This document shows, piece after piece, positions 45,380-53,216 of a stretch of DNA of 64,000 bases. The notes under the pieces are model-generated. The model was given only the letters and a program-made list of their open reading frames with translations. It made no database searches and was not told where the DNA came from. How positions within the stretch are numbered: the stretch's first letter is position 1; each line of letters begins with the position of its first letter. A program made the translations under genes and the position numbers. Source of the DNA: Candidatus Omnitrophota bacterium (GTDB lineage: Bacteria; Omnitrophota; Gorgyraeia; VGKH01); the NCBI GenBank assembly GCA_022703055.1, contig JAKLEP010000003.1:214238-278237 (forward strand). Direction: 5' to 3'.

Positions 45380-46741
45380 TTATGATTGTAAAATTTCCTC
45401 TCGCTTTAAGCCTAATTTGCTTAACGTTAGGGCTGGATCTTTGCTGTAGGCGCGACAAAATAAAGTAAGCTCTTTCATCGACCTGATGCCTCTTTCCTGC
45501 AAAGTACTTAGCACCTTAGAGCGCACCTTAACTTCTTCAATTATTTCTTTAGGGGACAGGCCTGAAGTCTTGGAAATCTTATCCCTGAATATGGTACTCG
45601 GAGACACCTGGTTGAACTTGTTTTGCTTATGATCGAAATTCCATATCTGAGAAAGCAGCACGGTCTTCTGCTCCATACCGCCTGTCTCGACTACTTCTTC
45701 TGCCACTCTATAGACTTTATCTTTGAAATTAAACCTTTTCATGACTATGAATACATCAACGAGGTTTACCAAAATCTCAGGTACGTTCATGGGTTCGTTT
45801 TGCAGACGGATTATTGCCTCCCTTGCCGAACTGGCATGTATCGTTCCGATGCAATGCTTTCCGATATTGACAACCGTCATTAGATCTTTTGCCTCAGCGC
45901 CTCTAACTTCTCCTACAATTACTCGGTCCGGACGCATTCTGAGGCTATTTTTTACCAAGGTTGTCATATCCATATTCTCGTCGCTTTCAAGACGAGAGCA
46001 ACTCTCTTCAAACTGGGTATTAAGCTCCAGCGTATCTTCAATGATAACCATTCTTTCGTTTTCTGGCACAAAACTAAAAAGCGCGTTAAGAAGGGTTGTC
46101 TTCCCGCAACCAGGGCCACCAGAAATTATGATATTTGCAGGCCTCACCGTTAAACCTTCAACGTAAAGCCAAAGCTGGGCTGCTAAATCGGTAGTAACAG
46201 TGCCTTTTTCAACAAGATCTATCATGCTCAGCGGCTCTGTTTTTGCTTTAGTGATGGTCAATTGCGGCCCTAGAGGAGAAACAATAATATTAACGCGGCC
46301 TTGTATATTCGGAAGCTCCATGTTATTAATCTTCTTTAATTCTGTTCTGCCGCAGAAAATAACTAATTTCTTTATAAAAATGTCTAGCTGCCTCTGAGTT
46401 TCAAAGCGATATTTTGTCTTCACCAAACCTTTTTGACAATGGTGGACATAAATCGGGTTTAAACTATTAATAATAATATCTTCTATATCCGGATCGCTCA
46501 AAAAATCCTGTATAACGTCATAACTTAAGAAATCTTTAACGAACTTTTTTCTCTCTTCTTCCGTCTCGAGCGCCTTTACTTCCTCTAAAATTAATTTTCT
46601 TTCCAGATGTCCACACACCTCATCCAACGCATCAGTAACAACCTGCTGCTTCTCTTTATCGGTCTGAAGAAGATTGAATCTGCCGATTAATTTTTCTATA
46701 ACCTTACTCTCTAAATCTTGAATGAATTCTTTTTCCTGCAT
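45380..46741 (-). CDS. type II/IV secretion-family ATPase (FlaI / CpaF / VirB11-like), orphan
   Basis: 453 aa; Walker A GGPGCGKTT, Asp box, Walker B RPDRVIVGEVRG, His box GTIHA; no cognate membrane platform gene nearby. Confidence 0.8.
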   Translation of the reverse strand: MQEKEFIQDLESKVIEKLIGRFNLLQTDKEKQQVVTDALDEVCGHLERKLILEEVKALETEEERKKFVKDFLSYDVIQDFLSDPDIEDIIINSLNPIYVHHCQKGLVKTKYRFETQRQLDIFIKKLVIFCGRTELKKINNMELPNIQGRVNIIVSPLGPQLTITKAKTEPLSMIDLVEKGTVTTDLAAQLWLYVEGLTVRPANIIISGGPGCGKTTLLNALFSFVPENERMVIIEDTLELNTQFEESCSRLESDENMDMTTLVKNSLRMRPDRVIVGEVRGAEAKDLMTVVNIGKHCIGTIHASSAREAIIRLQNEPMNVPEILVNLVDVFIVMKRFNFKDKVYRVAEEVVETGGMEQKTVLLSQIWNFDHKQNKFNQVSPSTIFRDKISKTSGLSPKEIIEEVKVRSKVLSTLQERGIRSMKELTLFCRAYSKDPALTLSKLGLKREEILQS

Positions 46742-46806
46742 ATTCTTAAATTCCTTTTATTTAACAAATAACGCTAAAGCGGATAAAATCCCCCGAAGAA
46801 ATTTAA

Positions 46807-46896
46807 TGGCGGAGAGGGAGAGATTCGAACTCTCGAGCCCCTTGCGAAGCCACATGTTCTCCAGACATGCCGATTCAGCCGCTCTCGCACCTCTCC
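46807..46896 (-). tRNA. tRNA-Ser(GGA), CCA encoded
   Basis: Hand fold: acceptor GGAGAGG/CCTCTCC, anticodon arm CATGT-CTGGAGA-ACATG, long variable arm, T arm GAGAG-TTCGAAT-CTCTC. Confidence 0.9.
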
Positions 46897-46912
46897 AAGT
46901 TCTCGCTGGAAA

Positions 46913-47182
46913 TTAGTATAGCGTTAAAAGAACAAATGAAAGCAATAGAAACATGGCACCAAATACCCTACGGTTCTTAAGGATATAATCTTCCAGTGTG
47001 CTTTTGACGTTTTCTAGCATGGGGATTATTCTTTTAGTCAGTCCGTATTCTCTCATCAAAAATTGATTCAACTTCCTGTAGGCCTCTACATCGACCACGA
47101 CAAACAGACTACCCGCGAATGAAAATGTCAAAAGTATCCTCATCAAAACCTTTATAGCTGTTAAGCTACCCGCTGTTTCCAT
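46913..47182 (-). CDS. hypothetical small membrane protein
   Basis: 89 aa; two hydrophobic helices at the N- and C-termini; sits between two tRNA-Ser genes. Confidence 0.4.
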   Translation of the reverse strand: METAGSLTAIKVLMRILLTFSFAGSLFVVVDVEAYRKLNQFLMREYGLTKRIIPMLENVKSTLEDYILKNRRVFGAMFLLLSFVLLTLY

Positions 47183-47280
47183 AACACTTCACCTCCTATT
47201 TTCTTAAGCTAAAGTATAACAAAATTCTATACAAAAAGCAATTACTTATAATCCGATTTCAAACAAATTACTAATATAGC

Positions 47281-47371
47281 TGGCGGAGAGGCTGGGATTC
47301 GAACCCAGGAGGCCAAAAATGACCTACCGATTTTCGAGACCGGCCGATTCAACCAGCTCTCGCACCTCTCC
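47281..47371 (-). tRNA. tRNA-Ser(CGA), CCA encoded
   Basis: Hand fold: acceptor GGAGAGG/CCTCTCC, anticodon arm CCGGT-CTCGAAA-ATCGG, long variable arm, T arm CTGGG-TTCGAAT-CCCAG. Confidence 0.9.
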
Positions 47372-47404
47372 GAAATTTCAATTTATCTTATTCTAGGAAA
47401 TTTC

Positions 47405-47445
47405 GGATCCCGAGTCCATCGAATTTCTATAATGGACGAGGGATC
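47405..47445. repeat. structured repeat, copy B (GGATCCCGAG...CGAGGGATC)
   Basis: ggatcccgag-tccatcgaatttctataatgga-cgagggatc; inner stem GTCCAT/ATGGAC differs from copy A but stays complementary. Confidence 0.6.
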
Positions 47446-47479
47446 TTTATTACGGCGCCGAAACACATTGTTTCGGCAT

Positions 47480-47513
47480 CCGCCACGTTTTTCAATAATT
47501 AAAAACGTGGCGG
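47480..47513 (-). terminator. hairpin that base-pairs the 3' end (CCGCCA) of tRNA-Ser(TGA) with downstream sequence
   Basis: ccgccacgttttt (47480-47492) / aaaaacgtggcgg (47501-47513), 13-bp perfect stem. A second hairpin gccgaaaca/tgtttcggc lies at 47457-47477. Confidence 0.4.
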
Positions 47514-47599
47514 AGGCGGAAGGATTCGAACCCTCGAGCAGCCTTACGGCCGCTAACGGTTTTCAAGACCGCCGCTTTCAACCACTCAGCCACGCCTCC
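47508..47599 (-). tRNA. tRNA-Ser(TGA), CCA encoded
   Basis: Hand fold: acceptor GGAGGCG/CGCCTCC, anticodon arm GCGGT-CTTGAAA-ACCGT, long variable arm, T arm GAGGG-TTCGAAT-CCTTC. Confidence 0.9.
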
Positions 47600-47603
47600 G
47601 AAT

Positions 47604-48212
47604 TTAAGTCTTATTTATAAATAATTGAGAAAAAACAATATTGTAAATATTTACCGCTTCGCTAAAAGTATTATTATAAAAATCGATAAATGAGAACCCG
47701 TTTAAAAAATAACTCAAGCTAAATGCTACAATGAATAAATTAACGATATAAATCAACTGCATAGAGAAAAAGTAGTTGGCTTTGAGTACATCATCAGTTT
47801 TAGACTTCAAGGCCTTTGCACAAAAAACCATATGCAAAGTTAAAGTGAAACTAACGAGAAAAATAAATTGCTTAGCGATATTTAAATCCTTAAAAAACAA
47901 TTTGATTATGGAAAATGCAATTAATAGAAATATCGTATAAATAGGCAGCACAAACGATGCGACATTGACTAAAGGCGCGAAGAAACGGAATACCACAGAA
48001 ACCATATCCTGGCCCTTCTTAAACATTATATCAGGCTCATATATAAATAAATGCAAAATTAGATAGGAGAATATTCCCCAGACAAAAAGCTCGTAAATTT
48101 CTCGATCGACTGAATGTATCTGCTTGAAGAAACTGATTGAACAAAATACGACAATGGGGACAAAAATGATCGCAAAAATTAACTTAATAATGCCTATTAT
48201 ATTCTTACTCAA
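47604..48212 (-). CDS. hypothetical polytopic membrane protein (~6 TM)
   Basis: 202 aa, almost entirely hydrophobic helices. Overlaps the serS stop by 8 nt, and its own stop is 4 nt from the tRNA-Ser(TGA) 5' end. Confidence 0.5.
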   Translation of the reverse strand: MSKNIIGIIKLIFAIIFVPIVVFCSISFFKQIHSVDREIYELFVWGIFSYLILHLFIYEPDIMFKKGQDMVSVVFRFFAPLVNVASFVLPIYTIFLLIAFSIIKLFFKDLNIAKQFIFLVSFTLTLHMVFCAKALKSKTDDVLKANYFFSMQLIYIVNLFIVAFSLSYFLNGFSFIDFYNNTFSEAVNIYNIVFSQLFINKT

Positions 48213-49473
48213 TTCTCTGCCTCCCGTCCATATAGGGCCTTAAAGCTTGCGGGATCATAATCGTGCCATCTTTTTGTTGGCATGTTTCAAGCAGCGCGAT
48301 TACAGTTCTGGCTAGAGCCACGCCCGAGCCATTTAAGGTGTGGACAAAATTAGTTTTCTTGGTTTTATTGTCTCGATAGCGGATATTTGCCCGGCGAGCC
48401 TGAAAATCCTCGAAATTACTGCAGCTTGAACATTCAAGCCAGGTATTTATGCCCGGAGCGTAAACTTCGATATCGTAGCATTTGCTAGCGGAAAAACTTA
48501 AGTCTTCCGTGGGGAGCATGACAATACGATATTGCAGTCCCAATAATTGAAAAACTTCCTCGGCATTAGAAACTAGTTTCTCCAATTCGTCATAGGAAGT
48601 TTCTGGCTTTACGAATTTAACCAATTCAACTTTGTCAAATTGGTGCACGCGCATAAGTCCCTTAGTATCTTTTCCGTAGGAACCGGCCTCGCGCCTAAAA
48701 CAGGCGGTATAAGCAGTATAATAAATCGGCAAATCTCCATCATCTAAGACCTCATCACGAAAAATATTTGTTACGGGGACTTCCGCGGTAGGGATTAAAA
48801 ATAAATCATCATCTTTTAGACGATACATATCTTCTTCCATCTTTGGTAGTTGCCCCGTTCCGGTCATCGAGGCGCGATTGACCAAAAACGGAGGAAAAAT
48901 TTCTTTGTATCCGTGTTTCTGTGTATGCAAATCAAGCATGAAATTAAATAATGCTCTTTCCAACCTTGCTCCGAGGCCTTTGTAGAGGATAAAATTTGAG
49001 CCGGTGATTTTGGTCGCGCGCTTAAAATCGATGATATCTAAATTTTCAGCCAATTCGATATGGGTCTGGGGCGTAAAATCGAATTTTGGTTTATTTCCTC
49101 CTTCGCGCACAGTTTTCTTTTTATCAGCCGGCCCTAAAGGAAGCGAAGAATGGCAGATATTCGGTAAGGATATCAATAATTCCTTCAATTCCGCTTCTAA
49201 TTTCTTAGCTTCGGCTTCGTTTTGGTCAATTCTATCCGAGATCTCTTTCATGGATTTAATCTTGGGTTGGGCATCTTTCTTTTCCTTAAGGAGCTTGCTA
49301 ATCTCGTCATTGGCCAAATTTTTCTGGCGATTCAAATCCTCCAATTCAGCCGTAACTTTCCGAAGGGCTTCATCGATTTTAACAAACTTATCAATATCCC
49401 ATTTTACGTTACGATTTTTGTTTGAATTCTTAACTAGTTCTAAATTCTCTCTGATAAATTTTCTGTCTAACAT
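48205..49473 (-). CDS. serS: seryl-tRNA synthetase
   Basis: 422 aa; N-terminal coiled-coil arm, class II motifs (FRRE.GS.GKDT.G..R.HQF.KVE, GSG.A..R). Confidence 0.9.
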   Translation of the reverse strand: MLDRKFIRENLELVKNSNKNRNVKWDIDKFVKIDEALRKVTAELEDLNRQKNLANDEISKLLKEKKDAQPKIKSMKEISDRIDQNEAEAKKLEAELKELLISLPNICHSSLPLGPADKKKTVREGGNKPKFDFTPQTHIELAENLDIIDFKRATKITGSNFILYKGLGARLERALFNFMLDLHTQKHGYKEIFPPFLVNRASMTGTGQLPKMEEDMYRLKDDDLFLIPTAEVPVTNIFRDEVLDDGDLPIYYTAYTACFRREAGSYGKDTKGLMRVHQFDKVELVKFVKPETSYDELEKLVSNAEEVFQLLGLQYRIVMLPTEDLSFSASKCYDIEVYAPGINTWLECSSCSNFEDFQARRANIRYRDNKTKKTNFVHTLNGSGVALARTVIALLETCQQKDGTIMIPQALRPYMDGRQRIE

Positions 49474-49488
49474 TTCTTCCCTTCTAGT

Positions 49489-50118
49489 TTAATTCTTCCT
49501 CCAAGGCCTTCTTGCTTTTTGCGGTTTCCACAGGCCTCTTTCATTTTCCTTGGCTTCCTGATATAACTTCAAGAATAAAGCATCATATTTGGTGTTAGGA
49601 GGCACGCTCTCCGGCAACGCATATCCCCATTGAACTACAAATGCATTTATAAATAAATACACCTTATCGCCTTCTATCTTATAGATATCCATTGCCTCCG
49701 GCTCAAGATTAACTTTACATTTAGAGCAGTACAGTTTATAGGCATAGGCTAAAAGTGTTTTGCCATCTTTATCTTTTGCCTGCGTATCAAATTGAAGTTT
49801 TACTTTTTGTTTATTTATAAGCCCCTTAAGAAAATTCCTTGCCACTCTCCCCTGCCTTCTAACTTCCATAAGATTCTTGCCCTGCTTCACTAATTCTCTT
49901 TGTGTCTTTTCATCGGGCATAACTGGAGCATCAATACCGATGAGATGGACTTTTTGCCTTCCATCCAGAAAGAAGGTATCGCCGTCAAGTACCGAGACTA
50001 CTTTAACCTCATCATATTTACCCGACTTATTCTTGGAAGCAACATTTTTACATGCGCCAAGAAAGAAAATAGTCAGAAATGATAATAATAAAATTGAAAT
50101 TATTGTTATCTTCTTCAT
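49489..50118 (-). CDS. thermonuclease (SNase)-like lipoprotein, diverged
   Basis: 209 aa; lipobox FLGAC; V.DGDTF......KVHLIGIDAP and DKDGKTLLAYAY blocks align with SNase. The canonical Glu after IDAP and the Arg of DKYGR are substituted (V, K). Confidence 0.6.
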   Translation of the reverse strand: MKKITIISILLLSFLTIFFLGACKNVASKNKSGKYDEVKVVSVLDGDTFFLDGRQKVHLIGIDAPVMPDEKTQRELVKQGKNLMEVRRQGRVARNFLKGLINKQKVKLQFDTQAKDKDGKTLLAYAYKLYCSKCKVNLEPEAMDIYKIEGDKVYLFINAFVVQWGYALPESVPPNTKYDALFLKLYQEAKENERGLWKPQKARRPWRKN

Positions 50119-50125
50119 ATAAATC

Positions 50126-51586
50126 CTATCCCTTTATGACACCAAGCGGCCGCATCCGACAGACGCGTTTGGAAATGCCGGCATTATGCACTACATCAAC
50201 AACATCATTTACATCTTTGTATGCCTGAGGAGCCTCTTCAGCTATTGTACCATGACCTGAGGCTTTGACAAAAATTCCTTTTGATTCTAAATCTTTTAAA
50301 AGCGCTCCTACATTGATGGTCTTGGTTGCTTCTGTACGGGATTTTAGCCTTCCTGCGCCATGGCAGGTGGAATAAAATGTCTCAGATGCTTTCTCGGTCC
50401 CAACGAGAAGATAAGAATTTCTCCCCATATCCCCGGGAATAATCACAGGCTGGCCGGTTTTCTGGAATCTTACCGGTAAATCCGGATGTCCCGGCGGAAA
50501 GGCGCGGGTTGCGCCTTTTCTGTGGACACAAAGAGTTTTCTCTTTGCCTTCGACTTTATGTTTTTCAAGTTTAGCGATATTATGAGCGACATCATAAATC
50601 AAATCCATGCCCATATCCTGCCAGCTTCTTTTAAATACCTTCTCGAAAGCCTTACGCGTAAGATACATCAGGCACTGACGATTTGCCCAGGCATAATTTG
50701 CCGCGCATCTCATGGCTGCAATATAACTCTGAGCTTCCGGAGAATTCACCGGCGCGCAGCCAAGCTGCCTATCAGGCACATTGATATTATATTTGGCCAA
50801 ACAATGAATCATGCTTTTTACATATTCATCGCAGACTTGATAACCCAGTCCACGAGAACCAGAGTGAATCATCACTGTGACCTGACCAAGAGTTAATCCG
50901 AAATAATCGCAGAGCTCAGCATCGTAGAGCTGGTCGATTACTTGAATCTCTAAAAAATGATTCCCTGAACCCAGTGTACCTGATTGCGCCTTGCCGCGTT
51001 CGTAGGCCCGCGGTGATACTGCCGAGGGATCAGCACCTGCAATTACCCCGTAATCTTCAGTAGCGTCCAGGTCATCTTTTACGCCGTAGCCTTTTTCCAC
51101 CGCCCACTTGGCACCTTTCGCCAGAATTTCTCTTTCTTCTCTTTCGCTTACGCGGATATCGCCTTTTGAACCGACTCCAGAAGGAACATCATTAAATAAA
51201 ACATAAACCAAATCCTTTATTTTATCTTTAATTTCATCAAGCTGAAAATTAGTTTTTAAGAGTCTGACTCCGCAATTGATATCGTATCCGACACCCGCTG
51301 GAGAAATCACTCCGTTATTTTCCGGATCGGTAGCCGCGACTCCTCCAATACAAAATCCGTAGCCCCAGTGAATATCCGGCATAGCCAAAGAATATCCAAC
51401 TATCCCGGGCAGGAATGCAACATTGGCAACTTGCTCAGCTGCTTTATCTTCACGGATATCTTTAAGCAGTTTCTCGTCGGCGTAAATAAGCCCAGGAACC
51501 CTCATACCTGCTTTGTAGGCTTTAGGAATACGAAAGCGGAACTCATCAACTTTTTCTAAAGGCCCCTGCCATGTATCAGACATCAA
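50126..51586 (-). CDS. rtcB: RNA 3'-phosphate ligase RtcB
   Basis: 486 aa; PD.H.GYG, GYDINCG, GSGNH, HSGSRG.G, and the catalytic His block in CHGAGR. Confidence 0.9.
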   Translation of the reverse strand: MMSDTWQGPLEKVDEFRFRIPKAYKAGMRVPGLIYADEKLLKDIREDKAAEQVANVAFLPGIVGYSLAMPDIHWGYGFCIGGVAATDPENNGVISPAGVGYDINCGVRLLKTNFQLDEIKDKIKDLVYVLFNDVPSGVGSKGDIRVSEREEREILAKGAKWAVEKGYGVKDDLDATEDYGVIAGADPSAVSPRAYERGKAQSGTLGSGNHFLEIQVIDQLYDAELCDYFGLTLGQVTVMIHSGSRGLGYQVCDEYVKSMIHCLAKYNINVPDRQLGCAPVNSPEAQSYIAAMRCAANYAWANRQCLMYLTRKAFEKVFKRSWQDMGMDLIYDVAHNIAKLEKHKVEGKEKTLCVHRKGATRAFPPGHPDLPVRFQKTGQPVIIPGDMGRNSYLLVGTEKASETFYSTCHGAGRLKSRTEATKTINVGALLKDLESKGIFVKASGHGTIAEEAPQAYKDVNDVVDVVHNAGISKRVCRMRPLGVIKG

Positions 51587-51995
51587 AAATCACCTGCGCC
51601 ACAAAACCATTATCTATTTTCTCTATCTTTAATTCGTGGTAGGTTGCGGCTTTTATCTCTGCTTTAATCTTGCAATTTTCTCGCGGACAACCAAAAATAA
51701 TAGCAACCAATCCAGTCTCGCTTAAAGTATCTATCTTAAATTCTTTAAAAAGCACCTCTTTGGCATCAAATAAAGAAAGCAGCTCATTCAGCCAATTAAC
51801 TAGAAGTTCTTCGCGATCTTGACCTTCTATTTTTATATCGAATTTATTTAATTTTATTGAATCGCAAGACTTGCATGGTTCGGCGATAATATCAAACATG
51901 GCTAAGGCAGCTTTGACAAAAATCTGCTTTAAATCGCTGCCAGAAACCCTTACGCCGATATCAGCGGTGTGCTCAATTAACTCGTAGTCTTTCAT
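51576..51995 (-). CDS. archease (RtcB activator)
   Basis: Start moved to ATG 51995 (MKDYELIEHTADIGVRV, the archease N-terminal signature). The track N-terminal extension is read through tRNA-Lys. Overlaps the rtcB start. Confidence 0.85.
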   Translation of the reverse strand: MKDYELIEHTADIGVRVSGSDLKQIFVKAALAMFDIIAEPCKSCDSIKLNKFDIKIEGQDREELLVNWLNELLSLFDAKEVLFKEFKIDTLSETGLVAIIFGCPRENCKIKAEIKAATYHELKIEKIDNGFVAQVIFDV

Positions 51996-52000
51996 AAAAA

Positions 52001-52076
52001 TGGTGAGCCGCGAAGGAATCGAACCTTCAACCCCCAGATTAAGAGTCTGATGCTCTACCAATTGAGCTAGCGGCCC
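52001..52076 (-). tRNA. tRNA-Lys(CTT), CCA encoded
   Basis: Hand fold: acceptor GGGCCGC/GCGGCTC, D arm GCTC/GAGC, anticodon arm TCAGA-CTCTTAA-TCTGG, T arm GAAGG-TTCGATT-CCTTC. Confidence 0.9.
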
Positions 52077-52103
52077 GTTATTTTTTTGATATTATCGGAA
52101 AAT

Positions 52104-52131
52104 ATTATACCATTAAAAAACAATAAGACAA
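52104..52131 (-). promoter_or_regulatory. candidate extended -10 promoter driving tRNA-Lys and downstream genes
   Basis: Minus strand TTGTCT (52131-52126), 16-nt spacer ending TGg, TATAAT (52109-52104); 27 nt before the tRNA 5' end. Confidence 0.5.
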
Positions 52132-52201
52132 GATTAAAATTGCTAACTATTGAAGAATACTTTAGTTATGGAGATTTTCTGGCGGGAAAATCTACAAAAC
52201 G

Positions 52202-52654
52202 CTATTTAATCAAACTCTCTAACTTTAATTCAAAAACATTCGAACCATCGGTTAGAACTACGCTATATTGCCTTATCTCAACAACCGTATAGCTACCGAT
52301 GCTGTTACCTGCGCCGACAACTTCATTATTAATTATGGCTTGAGGTTTTTCCTTGTCCCACAGTATCCCAGCCAGCTTTAAATCAGCGGCATCGCCCTTG
52401 TGGCCGGTATAAAACTTGCCCGAGAAAGGACAACGCAACCATTCCAAATTTGTTTCTTTGGGATATTCAGGCTGTTTAATAATTTGGGCTGGTTTGGGTG
52501 ATTCTTTTTGTGCCTCGGCCACAACTGTCTTTGGCAAAACTCGTTTCTTAGAGGCCCTTTTCTTAATTACGATAAGAGCATTTATCCAAACGATAAGCAA
52601 AACCAGAACTAAACCTGCAGTAATTATTAATTGTTTTTGTTGCTTATCCATCAT
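52202..52654 (-). CDS. PilP/GspC-like pilus assembly protein (tentative)
   Basis: 150 aa; N-terminal TM, Pro/Lys-rich linker, C-terminal beta domain with L.L.GI.W......AIIN...V..G..IG.Y.V..I pattern; last gene of the pilus cluster. Confidence 0.4.
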   Translation of the reverse strand: MMDKQQKQLIITAGLVLVLLIVWINALIVIKKRASKKRVLPKTVVAEAQKESPKPAQIIKQPEYPKETNLEWLRCPFSGKFYTGHKGDAADLKLAGILWDKEKPQAIINNEVVGAGNSIGSYTVVEIRQYSVVLTDGSNVFELKLESLIK

Positions 52655-53214
52655 CTAGCTTCCTTTGACAAAAAAGCTGAAAGTTTTAAATCGACATCTA
52701 GTTCCGAGGCCCCCTCGCCGGCACCTTTTATCTCAAGTTGTGAAACCTTAATCAGAATTGGAAAATTATTTATCAGAACATTAAGATAATCGCCCAATTG
52801 CCGGTATTCACACGACAAATTCATGGAGATAAATAGCTCCTCGATATTGCGGCCTCCTATTTCTTCGTCGATAGTTTTTACCCCGGAAGAAGTTATATTC
52901 TTAACCTTTATTTTTAGACGGCTGGCCTCATCCGATAAGCGTCGGATTACTTTTTCTTCGCCCTGTGGAAATTGACTGTAAGCTTTATCCAGATCAGTCT
53001 TGAGCTTCTTAACCGCAACCGTCAACTCATTTCCTTTAGCAAGGCTTAAGATGTCTGCAATCTGATTTTCGGTCCCAGCTAAGTCTCTTCTTATTTCGAG
53101 AAGCCTACTACCTTGCGGCCGATGGATCAAAATTACGTACAAAACAAAAGACACCAGCACTATAACGCTGACATATAAAATCTTCTTTTGTTCTTTTGTG
53201 ATTTTTATCTGCAT
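52651..53214 (-). CDS. pilO: PilO-like pilus assembly protein
   Basis: 187 aa; TM helix, coiled coil, C-terminal ferredoxin-like part; position after the PilM-PilN fusion. Confidence 0.55.
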   Translation of the reverse strand: MQIKITKEQKKILYVSVIVLVSFVLYVILIHRPQGSRLLEIRRDLAGTENQIADILSLAKGNELTVAVKKLKTDLDKAYSQFPQGEEKVIRRLSDEASRLKIKVKNITSSGVKTIDEEIGGRNIEELFISMNLSCEYRQLGDYLNVLINNFPILIKVSQLEIKGAGEGASELDVDLKLSAFLSKEAR

Positions 53215-53216
53215 AT

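Noticed and set aside
51996-52061. N-terminal extension of the archease ORF in the track (MVEHQTLNLGVEGSIPSRLTIF)
   Set aside because: This stretch is the reverse-strand reading of tRNA-Lys(CTT). The archease signature begins at the ATG at 51995.
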